From: Macrostomum lignano
Taxonomy: Eukaryota
Direction of reading: 5' to 3'
DNA length: 64,000 nt
NCBI GenBank assembly: GCA_002269645.1
Contig: NIVC01000731.1
Location: forward strand, 372,001-436,000
In this document: positions 11,521 through 24,585 of the stretch, in pieces
How positions within the stretch are numbered: the stretch's first letter is position 1
Layout of the letters: every line of letters starts with the position of its first letter
The notes under the pieces: model-generated
Told to the model about the DNA's origin: nothing
The model's database searches: none
What the model saw: the letters and a program-made list of their open reading frames with translations, nothing else
Program-made: the position numbers and the translations under genes

Positions 11521-13164
11521 TGTTTTTGTGCTTGAGCCTTTTTATTTGAGGGACTATTCGATAAATGCTTTTTTACTTGAGAGTCTCTTAGTGGCCCAAA
11601 GCTAATAAATCAATAATGTATTGATTGGATTAACGAATTCGCGATCAGCGGAAGCCAGCTAATTGAATTATTCCTTTTGGCGCCAAACTTCTTGCAGCGT
11701 GCCTCATAGTGGGCTGTTCTGCTGCAGTCTGAAATCCCGTTCAGCCTTACAGGACATTTCTATGGCCCTTAATAAAGTCTGACAATCGACTGAGTTGACA
11801 AACTGAATTCCTAGTTCAAATAACATGGAAAATACATTGGAGCATTCGAATTTCGAATTATTTCTTAAGAGTGGTTCAAGGCTGACCTGATCGCATATTA
11901 ATAAATGGGAAATTCATGGAGCTCATGGTGTCAATTCAGGCATCATCCATGAAAGCCATGCATCGGCAGTCATGCAGTTGGGTATTAATGCACACTGGGT
12001 ACCCTACAGTTTATTGTCCATCGTGAACTTTTATCTAGCTTAGCGGCAACAAACTTGTTCAAGAGGGGTCACAAATTCGATGACAACCGGGAATTGTGCA
12101 AGAAATGTGCTCTTGCGAGTAATCAAATGAAGTCACATGGAAACTAACTGTTGTTTGAAAATTGTCATAATCAGTTTGTTAAAATGCTTCCCAGAAGCTG
12201 TCAGTCAGGCAGCTGGCTGAGCCAGATGGAGATTGCCCTATTCTTTAAGCTCAGCTCAGCTCTCTCTTTTTTGAACATCCTGGCAACCCCCGGAATGTAT
12301 CACTTCTCACCACAGCATATTCTGTGCTTCGCACTACCTGGGTAGGCATGCAAGACGCGCCTTCCTTCATTGCGCAGTCATTGCGCAGCAGACGCTATTG
12401 CGCGGTAGATAATGAGTAATCACCACTGTTTTTAGGAGGTATTAAATTGGATATTCGTGCGGTAAGACTGGACTTGCACAAATCAACTGCAAGTATAAAG
12501 ATTGAAATATTCCTTTGTTCGGTTTTATTTTCTGCGTAGTCGTTGCTGAGCGGCGCAGGGAGATGAGGCGCAAAAACGGTACTGCAGCATTCTCCAATCT
12601 GCGAGGCTGCAGAATCAAATGCGACTAACGAGCTACCAAGCCGCGAGATTCTACCAACCAGTCTGATGGTTGTTTGATGAGCAGCGATGAGCAACAAGAC
12701 AATTTTGGAAGCAGCGTGTTAAAACAACAAAACTAAAAAATACAGCACTAGATAAATACAAAAGCATTGAGCCGCACTTCGGATTAGAAAGACGGTATCA
12801 CCCAGTGGACATGTTCCAGAAGCGAGAGCACTGGAACACAGCAAAAATTGAAAATCTATCATGTAGGGCTATGCCGGGACTAAGTCATGCAATACAATAA
12901 AACTAATTCACAAAAGAGGTACAACAGTCAACAATACTGTTAGTGATTGGTGACCCGCAGTTACTTGCAATGGGTGCAAGACATCAATAGTGCTGTACAC
13001 ACTATACTCGTATGTAGCCTTTTCATTTAGAATTTTGGGATGCGCGATTGCAAGCTGATCGACTATTTAGTAATCAACTGCTTCTTGATCGCTGTGACAG
13101 AAATGGGGGAAGTTCACCCGTGCAAAACGATGAAATCGAGTTCGTCTGTCATGCAAGGCCATGG

Positions 13165-16100
13165 CTACACAGAAAATCGGTGATCCCGCCTTTCTAGATC
13201 AGCCTGGCACAGTACAAGCGCATCGGCCAGGACTGACTTGCGCTTGTTGGCATTGGATAGGTTCGCCGAGTAGCCGCACTCGAACATTGAGATCTGGTCG
13301 ATATCTGGAATGTCGTCCCGACGACGGTAACCACCGTGTCGGAAGTTGACGATTTCGTACTCGTCGGGGGCTGGCGTCTGCGCCTCCGTTCGGTGCGGCG
13401 TAGGCTTAGCTCCAGTCTCGGTGAGCTGAACTGTCGACTCAACTTCGTTCTCGTTGGCGCAGAGAGCTGCGCTGGTGTATTTGCTCTTCCTGCCGAGGCA
13501 CCGGCGCAGCGAGTGGATAGGAAGCGACATCAGCAGTACTAGAAGCAGCGCCACTACCAGAGCCAGGCTCAGGGTTATTACCGTTTGGCTGGAGACGCGC
13601 AATTCGAATTCTTCTTCTTTGGTCGCATTGGGTTCTAAATTTGAGTTTATTGTATGACAAAGTGACAGTAAATGACAGTCAGGCAAAAAGTGCTTTGAGT
13701 ATGTGCGGACTAGTTATAGTTACATCTACATGCATGAGATGTAGGTAAAATGCACAAATATCAATCCCTTGCTCACTAAACTCTGAGATGCGATAGACAA
13801 AGGTCTTGACAAACAAGTTGTCTTGGTGAACCCGGCAGACGATGTTGCCACCGGCATGAGAGGCGTTCGGGCCGGGAAGTCTCACCAAGTAGCTGCTGCT
13901 GGACAGCTCGTTCGCCTCGTTGATCACTTGCTGCTGCGCGGGTTGCAACGGGAATGTTTTACTTCGGATCAAACGATTCGGTAATATCAAGCCAGGGACT
14001 ATTATGCTAGAAGTAGACTATTAAACCACTAAGCCTGTGATGTTATTTGTCTGCTTGTGTGATCTACCTGACGTGTGGGATCTGCTCCACAATAACTTAA
14101 CTTCCCATCGCTTAGTACTCAGCAATCCATGCACTACTTACCTCACTTTCTGGCTGCAAAGTCAGCTTCACGGAACTGTTGGCCACCAGCAGCTGGCAGT
14201 TCGAACTTGTGGCTGGATTCCCGGAACTGAACTCGCAGGTGGCTCTCACCTCCCAAAGCGATTTAGTGAACCGGCAACTCTTTTGCGATTTGGAGAGCTC
14301 TAAAATTGCCAGTGAGCATTTCTTGTTCCCTAGACGGGTTTCAGGAACCGAACATGTTTGATTCCGAAAGTCTCGCAATTCACAACGAGTTCTTACCTGG
14401 AACTTTGTGGACAAACACTGCCGTTTTATATCCATCTTGTTCGAGTGTGCAGGTGACATTTGAACCCGGTTTTAATTTACCTTTCGGCACAAAAAAACTG
14501 CTAGTTTGAGTTCCGCTTTTTCGAATCTAAAAGTTTAAAACCGCTTGGTGCTTTGTGAAAGCCGCATAAACACTGTAAACAAAAATGCTCTCAGTATCGT
14601 TGCAGCGTTTCTAACCGTTTGATTTGACATCAGCAGCTGGGCTTCGGTGCTGTTAGAACGAACTGTGCAGCCATGCCTCGATGGTGGCAGGCCTCTGCCG
14701 GTGAAGCATGTCACCTGAAGGCCGCCTTTCACTCGAGAAAAAGTGCAATTCTTTACCGACTGTTTAAAGTCTGGAATGCGCAGGCTGAACCGCTTAGCGT
14801 AGAATCGGCCCTGTCGTAGGACGCAAGTTACGGTGCCGCCTTGGTCTGCCCAGGTGTTGTTAAACGCCATCTCGGTGATGTATGAGGCATCCTGGAACTA
14901 AGGAAGAGGGGAGGGGTGACCATGAAATTCGGTGGAAATTTGAAACGTACATTTCACATTTCTGACGAAGTACATGACGTCTAAGGCACAAACAGCAGTG
15001 AGGTCACCTACAACGCATCGAAAGGAATACTAAATGTGAAAGCAAATTAAATCAAATTTTGAGAATGAAGAACCTTAGCCATGAACGGTGCAACTTCAGT
15101 TTCCTCGACTGTGTCCGTCTTCCAGCATCTGTGCTCAGTTTCAGGGAAACCGCCTTCGGACTGACACCGAATGATGACGCCAAAGTCGCCCTTTAGGACT
15201 CGAGTGCAGTTTTTGGTCGACTCAGATGCAACTGGAAGCAAATGAAATTTTAAATCAAATGTGCTCAATATGAGCTCAGTATACTCAGGTCAGATTTGCT
15301 CAACAGAGACTTACAGATGAACCGTAAGAATCCTGTAGGAAACACTTTCCGATTGAAGGATTCAGTGAAGCTGTTGAAAGCAATGCTCTGCTGCACGCTA
15401 CACTCGATGCTCGCGTTCTGATTGTCTTTACTGACGGGTACAGAGAAGGTCGTGACAAAAGCGTTCAGCTGGAGGAGTAAGCGAGCAGAAAATGTTACTG
15501 TGAAAGTTTCCATAACCAATAGATTTGTAAGTCATTCATCAACTCACCCCCAAATTGGTTACGGACACTACACGAGCCGCCTGACGGAAGCCACTTCCTG
15601 CTCTGACGAGTTCACAGCGGTGCTGCGGTTGAGGATATCCGGAATTCGATGTGCAGGTGAAATTCACCGAAGAGCCCTCGACTGCCAGTCCAGCAGCAGT
15701 GGAGAAGTTGCAGGCTGTGTCTGCGCTAACTGAAATGCACCAAGTAAAATGGACTTTTAATCCTCAGCTTAGCTGCAAATGAAGCAGCAAAATTGAATTT
15801 CCACTCACCCAGAGGCTTCAGGCTGACTTCAATTTGCAGTCTCTCATCTCCGCGGTTGTAGTCGCACCAGAGCTTTGCAGGCTTTGTGGAGTCCTTCAGC
15901 GACTTCAGGGTGTTGATTAAGTCGCGCTCCAGCTCCACGTGCGCCATCGTGTTCAGCGGACGCTGCAGGATTGATTTTTGAGATAAGCTCGCGAATGTGA
16001 TCTCCAGTACTGAAAAGGCTTCAGCATCCTTACCGGCTGATAAGCGATGACGTTCGGGATGCTGGACCGAATCCGTGGCCAGCCCTCAGGCAGGACTTCG

Positions 16101-16200
16101 CACCAGACTTTGTACACCACTCCGGGCCTGATTAGCAGAGTGTCATTGGCTCTCAGCTGCTTGCCCGTGAGGCCGGACCACTCGTCTGAAAGTCCGGAAA
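13165..16200 (-). CDS. Multi-exon Ig-superfamily type I membrane protein with at least four C2-set-like domains, one TM helix and a tail of about 110 aa; 5' end unresolved (possibly to about 17000)
   Basis: Repeating exon pairs encoding EGSSVNFTCTSNSGYPQPQHRC, VIIRCQSEGGFPETEHRC, LQVTCFTGRGLPPSRHGC, VRATCEFSSGNPATSSNC, and F-strand motifs ASIECSV, GTVTCVL, SNVTCTL, GNIVCRV; TM VITLSLALVVALLLVLLMSLPI; last exon 13634-13165. Confidence 0.75.
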
Positions 16201-16282
16201 GCAGCGCTGTTTATGTAGAGCTTATAGATCAAAGCTATGGACAGAGGAACCAAAGGGCAATTTAGAAAGGAGATTAGTTTAT

Positions 16283-16550
16283 CAGGGGCGTCGCCATGGA
16301 TTTTATGGTGGGGGACAAAGCCAAAAATTCAACATGTACATGTACATGACTAAATTCCTACTTTTCCATTATTCTGAGAATCGTGTTGTCAGCACTCATT
16401 TTGGCGCCGCAGGCACTCATTTTGGCGCCGCAGGCATTCCTTTTAGCGCCGTAGGCACTCATTTTGTCGCCAAAGGCGCTATATTTTGGCGCCCTGAAGA
16501 AAATTTATTGATTACCCTCTAGCCCTGTCCCCCCGGTGGCGATGCGCCTG
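16283..16550 (+). mobile_element. Non-autonomous hAT-like MITE
   Basis: Ends caggggcgtcgcca / tggcgatgcgcctg; 8-bp flanks tagtttat / tagttaat (7 of 8 match); second copy at 37227-37963. Confidence 0.75.
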
Positions 16551-17254
16551 TAGTTAATTAAGTTTTGCGAATGCACCAGACATAACTGATGCAGTTGTAT
16601 TCCCGGATAACATCCGGTCTGGAGGAAGTTTGGGCTGACAGCTTGACGTGGATTCGTCATTAATGAGGCGTTTGGAATGCAATTAAGAACGCATCTGCGG
16701 GCGGTGCCAGGCTTGTTAGTGCAGCAGATAAAACAGGAAAAGTGCATTTCGGGTCGGGCGGCTCGCTTTTTTCATCCAGACGCCCGCCCAAACGCAGGAA
16801 AAACCGCACGATACAACGCTGATATGGCCGCACCTGAATCCTTCGCGTAGACGTACAGCAGGGACGCGGAAAACGGCGGCTGCTGCCTGGAGCTCTGCAG
16901 GCGGGTTGGGTTGGTGGGTGGAATTGATGGGTGCTGCTTTCCTGCCACAGCATGCTAACCTGACGCAAGAGGCCGGGAAAAGCCTTCGCATCAGTAGCGC
17001 GCTAGGCACTGATCTACGAGGAGGCGAGTGGTAGGTATTCACAGTGCCTTTGGGATCTGCTTTGCTATCGCTTCGGAAGATTATCGTCCAAATGTCAGGA
17101 GGCGGTGGTCAGGCCAATAAGGAACGCAATTAGTCTAGTAGTGCCAATATTAGTCCTGCTTTCAGCCCTGACTCCAGCTGCAGTACTTATACAGCCTGTA
17201 CTATTCACTCAAATTACCTATACTCATGAACTAGATATATGGACTGTACGCTGC

Positions 17255-17430
17255 CTTAATTATTCACTCTAGTATTCACACTACTATTCACTCTACTATT
17301 CACTCTACTATTCCCTCTACTATTCACTCTACTCTTCACTCTACTATTCACACGACTATTCACTCTACTCTTCACTCTACTATTCACTCTACTATTCAAT
17401 CTACTAGTCACACTACTTTTCACCCTACTG
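17255..17430. repeat. 12-bp tandem repeat (ctactattcact)
   Basis: Tandem copies visible. Confidence 0.85.
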
Positions 17431-18574
17431 TTCAAGCGGAGCTACAAACATTGTACTACGAGTATTTCGCCCATCAGACGTCAGACAGACATCAATAGCA
17501 AAAGTACAGGCGCTAAAGTGCATGTGAAATTTCTATTCCAATCCTTCAACTCACCTCTACGGCAGCCGATGAGTGCCACAAGGCAGCCCAGCAGCACAAA
17601 ATCAATGCAAGCATGCCTTGCTGCTTCGAAAAGAGCAACACGAACTAGACAAAATCTCTCTCTCTCCCGTGAAATAATTCTAAGCCCTGCAAGCTACAGT
17701 AGAGAGCTGAGCTTAAAACTCGTCAGAGAAGATCCTCTCGGGCGGAGATGTACGCCGTGGCAGAACAGGGCTGCAGGCTGATTGGCGCACTTCAGCCGAG
17801 ATAAAATTAGAGGCCGGGCGCCCCCAGAGACGGAGAGAAAGGAGAGAAAGGGCGCGGCAGACGTGCAAAAGCCAGATTGCAGCCCCCAAGTACGAAAACG
17901 GCTTGGGCTTGGGACCTCGGCCTGGTTGAGTCACTATGCAGAGCCCGCGCAGACAGAGGGCCAGAGAGCGACCCCAAATTTAGACTTTGCCGTCTCAGCC
18001 ACTCCGCCCTGGGAGAGCTGCCTGCAATTTGGCATTTTTTCATGTTAATTCTAAAAGAATTTCTTTCAAAAGAAGGCTGTAGCAATGCCAGTGCAGCGCG
18101 TGCAGGGTAGAGCGCAGATGTAGCGAACGACAAAGAGACGGCGAGACCAGAGAGTCAGGAAAGAAGCCGAGGGCACATCTTTTTTCCGCCAAAGCAGAGA
18201 GCCGAAAGCAGCCTTTTTATTTGCAAATGCAGTGCGAATTCAAGTCAGATGTACTCATTTTGAAGCCTCGTTTGGCGACACAAGACAGCGCAGCTCTGTG
18301 GACCCCGTCAGAATCACTCGGTGTTGCGTTGCCATCTTTTATGACACAAAATATTGGACTGTCTGCTTATCTAAGCCAGCCAGCCCGTCTTTGGAAATAA
18401 CATGTGAATATGAGGTATTCAGCGTAGGTCAGAAGTAAGTGGATACGAGAAAGAATATGCGACCTGCAAGGTTTTCTGCTCGACCAATCTGCAGCCTTCA
18501 AACCAAAATTATCCGAACCAACGATTCTCCAACCCACAACTGTCTCAACCCACAACAATACAACTGAGTCCCCA

Positions 18575-19410
18575 GCTGTCAACAAAACTGAGTAGCTGTC
18601 AACAAAGCTGAGTAGCTGTCAATAAAGCTGAATAGCTGTCAATAAAGCTGAGTAGCTGTCAATAAAGCTGAATAGCTGTCAATAAAGCTGAATAGCTGTC
18701 AATAAAGCTGAGTAGCTGTCAACAAAGCTGAGTAGCTGTCAATAAAGCTGAATAGCTGTCAATAAAGCTGAATAGCTGTCAATAAAGCTGAGTAGCTGTC
18801 AACAAAACTGAGTAGCTGTCAATAAAGCTGAGTAGCTGTCAACAAAGCTGAATAGCTGTCAATAAAGCAGAGCAGCTGTCAATAAAGCTGAGTAGCTGTC
18901 AATAAAGCTGAGTAGCTGTCAACAAAGCAGAGTAGCTGTCAATAAAGCTGAGTAGCTGTCAATAAAGCTGAGTAGCTGTCAACAAAGCAGAGTAGCTGTC
19001 AATAAAGCTGAGTAGCTGTCAGCAAAGCTGAGTAGCTGTCAATAAAGCAGAGCAGCTGTCAACAAAGTTGAGTAGCTGTCAACAAAGCTGAGCAGCTGTC
19101 AATAAAGCTGAATAGCTGTCAATAAAGCTGAGTAGCTGTCAATAAAGCAGAGCAGCTGTCAATAAAGCTGAATAGCTGTCAACAAAGCAGAATAGCTGTC
19201 AATAAAGCTGAGTAGCTGTCAACAAAGCTGAGTAGCTGTCAATAAAGCTGAGTAGCTGTCAACAAAGCAGAGTAGCTGTCAATAAAGCTGAGTTGCTGTC
19301 AATAAAGCTAAGTAGCTGTCAATAAAGCTGAGTAGCTGTCAATAAAGCTGAGTAGCTGTCAATAAAGCTGAGTAGCTGTCAATAAAGCTGAGCAGCTGTC
19401 AATAAAGCTT
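18575..19410. repeat. Minisatellite, 20-bp unit (agctgtcaataaagctgagt)
   Basis: About 40 tandem copies. Confidence 0.97.
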
Positions 19411-20012
19411 GTATTCCACGATTTCATTTCCACAAAATTAATCGAAATAAAAAGGCAGTCAAAAGAGGCTCAAAATCGCAGACGCAAAAATCTCTGGACT
19501 AAAAAAGCAGCACGTTAACTGCGCCATCGAGTGGCAGCATTCAACGCACTGTGGATTGCTTCTTTTCTGTGTATTCAGTCAGTTAAGATTTAGCAAAGCA
19601 GTTGCTGGTCGCCATCGCATCGCACCAGCTGATTGAACTCTTTCAAACTCTTCAGACAAAACCGACAGTTAGTTGCAAAATTGTGTTGGAAAAACGTATA
19701 CTACTCTTTATACTACTTAAAACAGTGCAGGCAGAATCACAATGACAATCGAATGGCAAACTGTATACATGATTTCGCTGCAGACATTTATCGCAGACGG
19801 AAATTAACAAAGGTGGTTTAGCAGCAGAGAAGCAGCAAAGTACATGCTGAAACAGAACCGGAATGCCGGGGCTACTCGTTCCGTTCATCAGCTTCCAATG
19901 CTTATGAATACAATGTAGAGCATGGCGAAGCGCTAGAAAGCAGAGCGACCGATTGCATAGAAGGTTTTTCTAAAGATTATACATGCAAATAAAGTAAGAG
20001 TAATCAGAATCA

Positions 20013-23000
20013 TCAGGTCAGGATGTCGGACAGAGACTGGAACTTTGGTCCCCAGGCGTCCAGCGTCGGTCTCAAGTCGATGGAGCTGTCCGTGTCGGCC
20101 GACACCAGACTCACCTGGTCCAGGTCGGCCGCGTCGTCGTCCCGCGTGTCCTCGTAGCCGTAGTTCAGCGTCTCGTCGCCAGCGGCTGCATCCGGGGGCT
20201 CCTGGTTGACGCTGTCTGGCGCCACAGGCTGGGTGGGCGGCGCGCCGATTGGGCGCAGCGGGTCGGCTGGACCGCCGGCTGCGGCTTTTTGGGGGTGTTG
20301 GTTGGTTGGTTGGTCTGTTTGTCATTTTGCTTCCAGTGAGTGCGGCTTCCCAGTGCTGAAGCTATTAGCTGAAGAATGGACCATTCATCTGGCAATAAAA
20401 CTTATTGGAGACTTACAAGGCGCCGATGAATGAACCGGTTGAAAGTTCGGCAGGCCTCCGTTGCTGTCCTTCTGAGCGGGTGGAAATTGCAGACTCAGCG
20501 GTCCTTTGTAGTCCTCGGGAGCTGAAGAAAAGTGAGTCTGATCAGTGACTCTTGGCGCTTAGAGTGAAACAGCAATGGTTGGTGGGTCAGAAGATTTACT
20601 CACGGACGCCGTCATTTCCGGTGTCATCTCCCATGTCCTGGTTTATCTGCTCGATGTCGCTCTTAGGAGCCTCGGACCCCCTTTGCTTTCGTGACCGCTT
20701 TACAAATGCAAGGAGAATCAACAGGACGATGATGAAGAAAACCACGATGGCAATGATGAGCCACACCCACCACTGCACCGCGGCAGTGGAAGGTGCTGGT
20801 GTGTTTTCGCCGCCAACTCGGCACATGCGGCTGGTGACCCCCGGCGGGCAGATGCACTCGAATCCCAGGTTGACGCCCGTCGCCCGGCACGACCCGCCGC
20901 TCGGGCAGCTGATGTTGAACTTGCTGCACGGGTTCACGGCAACGCAGCTCTTGCCCGCGTCTCTCTCCTGTCCTGCTGGACACTCGCAGGTCGTCTTGCC
21001 CCAGAGTCTCCGACAGACTTCCGTTGACGGACAGTCGCAGGGAGGCGTCAGGTCCACACCGTCGGGACCGACTCTGGCATCGCTGGCCAGCACTGGCGTG
21101 ATGAAGCCCCCTGTCGCCACATCGATGGACCGATCTGCAGCATCCGTAGTTGTAGACATGTACGTGCCGGAGACGCGGATGTTCCGCAGCCAGCCTGAGC
21201 GAATTCAGTGGAGAGGTGCTAATTGGTTCAATCAAGGTAGGAAACTGACACACTGGCACAGGCACTGACTTACTGTTGGCGATCTGGGCCGTCAAGTCCA
21301 AGTTCGAGAGGTCGGCCACGGTTCGGCCCAGGTCGTGCAGCCTGTCGACCCCGTCAACTCTCAGCTTGAGCACGGCTTGCCTGGTGGCGGCAAACACGGA
21401 GTGCCACTCGCCATCGTCGACTCTGATCGGCGGAAACGCTAAGCAGCTGGACGAGTTGATGCAGAGCTGCAGCAAGCCGTCCGAAATCTGGAGTCAGGGG
21501 AGGAAAATATTTGTATAAATTGAAGTTATGAGCTTCTTGGCTTCAGTTTAAAAAATTCAGCTCACATCCAAGCTCTGACTCAGAACGGTTGAACGTGCCG
21601 AATTCTTGATAACAGCATGCAGGACGCCAGTCGATGCACTGACTCGAGTTCGCAGCTCCAACTCGATGGATGCGGAATTTTTATCGCTTAGCGGTAGCGG
21701 ATTCGACAGGTTCTGGAACCAGCTGCTCGCATTGCTTGATGCGGTGCTGATTATCAGCGGATCTGCAGTCGAAACGTTCTCAAAATTCAAGCTTTCTAAG
21801 AAAACCTTTCATTTAATGTAGGAAATGTCTCACCTTTGGTGCACGCATTCCAGGGTTCGTTTCTCTTGCATAATTCGCTGCCAATAATTGTCTCTACCAT
21901 TTTTCTCTTCGACCCAAGGCATTCGCAGTTGCAGTCCATCGGAGCTGAGGGATCGTTCTTGATGACTCCGTAGCACACCGACTGCGCTCCGCAGACGTAC
22001 GGGCGGCTGGACCGCGCACCAGCCGTACCTGAGCAGGTTTGATTCTGTAGCCCACAGAAAGCTCCTATCGTGGCGCCTCCACCTTGTGTGACTTCCCTGC
22101 CAGCCGCCATGTCTATCAGGTAGCCGTTCACCCGAACTGACTGCACGCAGCCAGAGAGCGCTCTTCCAATATCAAGCCATAAATTAGGAAAGTCGCTAAC
22201 TGGACTGCCTGCACTGATGCTTTGAGAAGAGCATTCAAGAGGTTGCACACTGGCTGAAGTTGGCAGCTTTTTAGGGCAGACCACCATCCTGCTCTGAAAA
22301 CGGTTGGGATACTTTCCAGCTTCTGACAAATATATCTCAGTATGTATTGTCCAATCAGAACGTCTCTTACCAGTCCAGATTTCACTGATACATGGACAGC
22401 GAACCAGCTGCCGCTGTTTTGCTGAGGTAGGTCAACGCTAATAGAATCTCCTCCCAGTAAACTTCCAGCCACTCTGAGCTCTGTCTTCCTGTAGACAAAC
22501 GTTGCGCTGAGCAATGAGTTATTGGGGTCGGCCGAGCTCTTCAAGACTACGGCGTCCTGGTTTTCTTGCTGGATAGTTCCGGAAAGTTCAAATGAGATTT
22601 CCAGAGACTGAACCGAGTGCGGCAGGCCGCCAATCCAGTGGCGAGTGAAGGTCAGACCGGATAACCCGTGGCTGTAGCTTCTGACCGGGTACTCGCATCG
22701 CGGACCCCACGGGATGTTCGGGACTGACGGGCAGATGCACCTGCAGAGGGTGAAATTTTTTTGATCTGTTGATGAAATTGGTGCTTTTAAATGATGTCAG
22801 GCTTAGCTTTACCGTAGCTCAGCTCAGGCAGAAATTATTTTTCTCAGTCGAGCCGATCGCACACAACTTGCCTGGATCCGACACCAGTGAAGTTGGCATC
22901 GCAGACTCCGCCGTTCAGGCAGGTGGCCGGCCCGCACGGCTCTGCGCTCATCTGCTCCGCTGTCTGAGCCGTCCAGCTCAGCCCGAATCCCACGAAGTTC

Positions 23001-23818
23001 GAGTCGCTGTTGAGCTGCACCACAGCCGGATGCACCGACGGAAGCGAGCTGCTCGAAAAGCGCAGGCGACTGCGGCACAGCTGAGCGGAGTCAGCGGGAC
23101 ACCGGTCCGGCATCACCTGGACTCCGCTACTCGCTTCAGTTTCGTTCTTCACCAGCTCGTACGCCTCCCAGAGGGCCAAGTAGGAGCTGGTGCCGGCCTT
23201 CGGTATGAGCAGGGACACCTCTGAGGTGTCGGCGGCCGGCTGCAGCTGAGAGACGAGGCGGGCCGACAGCCGACTCTTGAGTCTGGCCACCAGACTGTTG
23301 ATGTCGTTCGTTCGACCTGCGGGAATTGAGCGGGCAGTTCTTGTGCGTAGGGAAATCAACAGGTCATGCCAAGCCCCGGCAATACTCACCTGAAATGAAT
23401 ATTGCATTGTCGAGCACGCTCAGGGGCAGCCGGGAGACTGTGACACTGAGCTGGTGAATGGCGGTGCCGATGGTCACCTGGACTAGGTGTGTGCCACCTG
23501 GCAGGTCGGCCTTGAACACAATCCTGTTTGGCACGGAGCTCCTGTCAACATCGAACTTGTCTGGCACCAGCCCGCTGCTCACGCTGTCGATAAGGTCCGA
23601 GCCGCTGATTGTCATGTAGGCGAAGCTGTACTTTGTGAAGTCCGCATCTGAGAAATGATTTAAACAGTTTGATCAGCAATCCATAGCCATGGCGTCTCAC
23701 CCATGTCCCGCAAGTGCAACTCACCGTCCGGCAGCCGGACTTCAACGCTGGCCGAGTCGCAGAGGCCGCCAGTGGCCAAAGCCAGCAGAATGAGGGCTGC
23801 AGAGCTGCACCGAAGCAT
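20013..23818 (-). CDS. DN-cadherin/type III classical cadherin-like protein lacking EC repeats, paralog 1, about 1011 aa: signal - one degenerate EC-like repeat - NCD - EGF - LamG - EGF - LamG - EGF - TM - cadherin cytoplasmic domain. Exons 23818-23725, 23647-23390, 23316-22872, 22740-22371, 22293-21834, 21762-21566, 21487-21274, 21194-20604, 20521-20417, 20314-20013
   Basis: Signal MLRCSSAALILLALATGGLC; EGF CGPATCLNGGVC..CICP..WGPRC; LamG VDDGEWHSV and LSGCVQSVRVNG; TM WWVWLIIAIVVFFIIVLLILLAFV; catenin-binding ETLNYGYE..LDAWGPKFQSLSDIL; exon phases sum to an open frame. Confidence 0.88.
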
Positions 23819-24585
23819 GACCGACCAGCACTGGCTCGGGCTGAAACTGAGGCGAGTCTCTGGCGCTGCGCTCGTGGCTGCTTTGTGTTTGTTTTGGTGC
23901 GCGGCCTCCACCAGTGCGGACTGGCTGGGGTCAGTGGGGGAGTCGGAGGTGGCGGCAGGCACTTTAATCAGCAGGGGGAGAGAAGGGGGCGCATGGAGGC
24001 CGGGCCCAGTCCTAATGCCGAGCTCTGTTGCTGATAAGCGCCGGCCTATGGCGGGTGAGTCAGGCCTTCCCGGGCCCCGCCCCGCCAGATCGAGCAGCCC
24101 GGCAGGCGCAGGACAGGTGCGCATAAAAAGGAATCATTTTTTTCCTACTTTATTTCGCCTACTCGCTGCATAATTGCGGCCCAGCCACCCCCGCCGCCGC
24201 ATTGCAGGCCCAGCGAGTTGTGGGCCGCAGCTTGGGGGGGGGAGTCAGAAATATTCGAATTGCACACGCAGCTCGAGAGCATTTCTTGGAGCTGCAGGGC
24301 GAGACAGAGCAGTCACTGATAAAGTCACCGGGCAGAGCTGAGCCAAGGAGATAAGGCTGCACAGGGCGCGGCTTCGCACTGCCGCAGTTGCTCACACTGC
24401 ACCGCTGCCGCATCTATCTGGCAGGGTCCCGGTGTCTCTTGGATGATCATATTTGACGCCTATTAATATCTATTATAGCTTTGAGGTTTGAGTATGACCA
24501 CACTGCTGTCACAGTACACTGGTAATTCTTCAGTTCGAAACAGATTTTAAACAAGAACTTTGTGGTGGATTCAAGTCAACTAACC

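Noticed and set aside
18575-19410. Regularly spaced repeat resembling a CRISPR array, with AATAAA in most units
   Set aside because: Units are contiguous with no unique spacers, the context is eukaryotic with no cas genes, and no plus-strand gene ends here to use the poly(A)-like signals.
21763-21833. Apparent 38-nt intron in cadherin-like paralog 1 (acceptor at 21796)
   Set aside because: A downstream in-phase acceptor (ctgcag|ATCCG) gives a 71-nt intron and matches the only usable acceptor in paralog 2.
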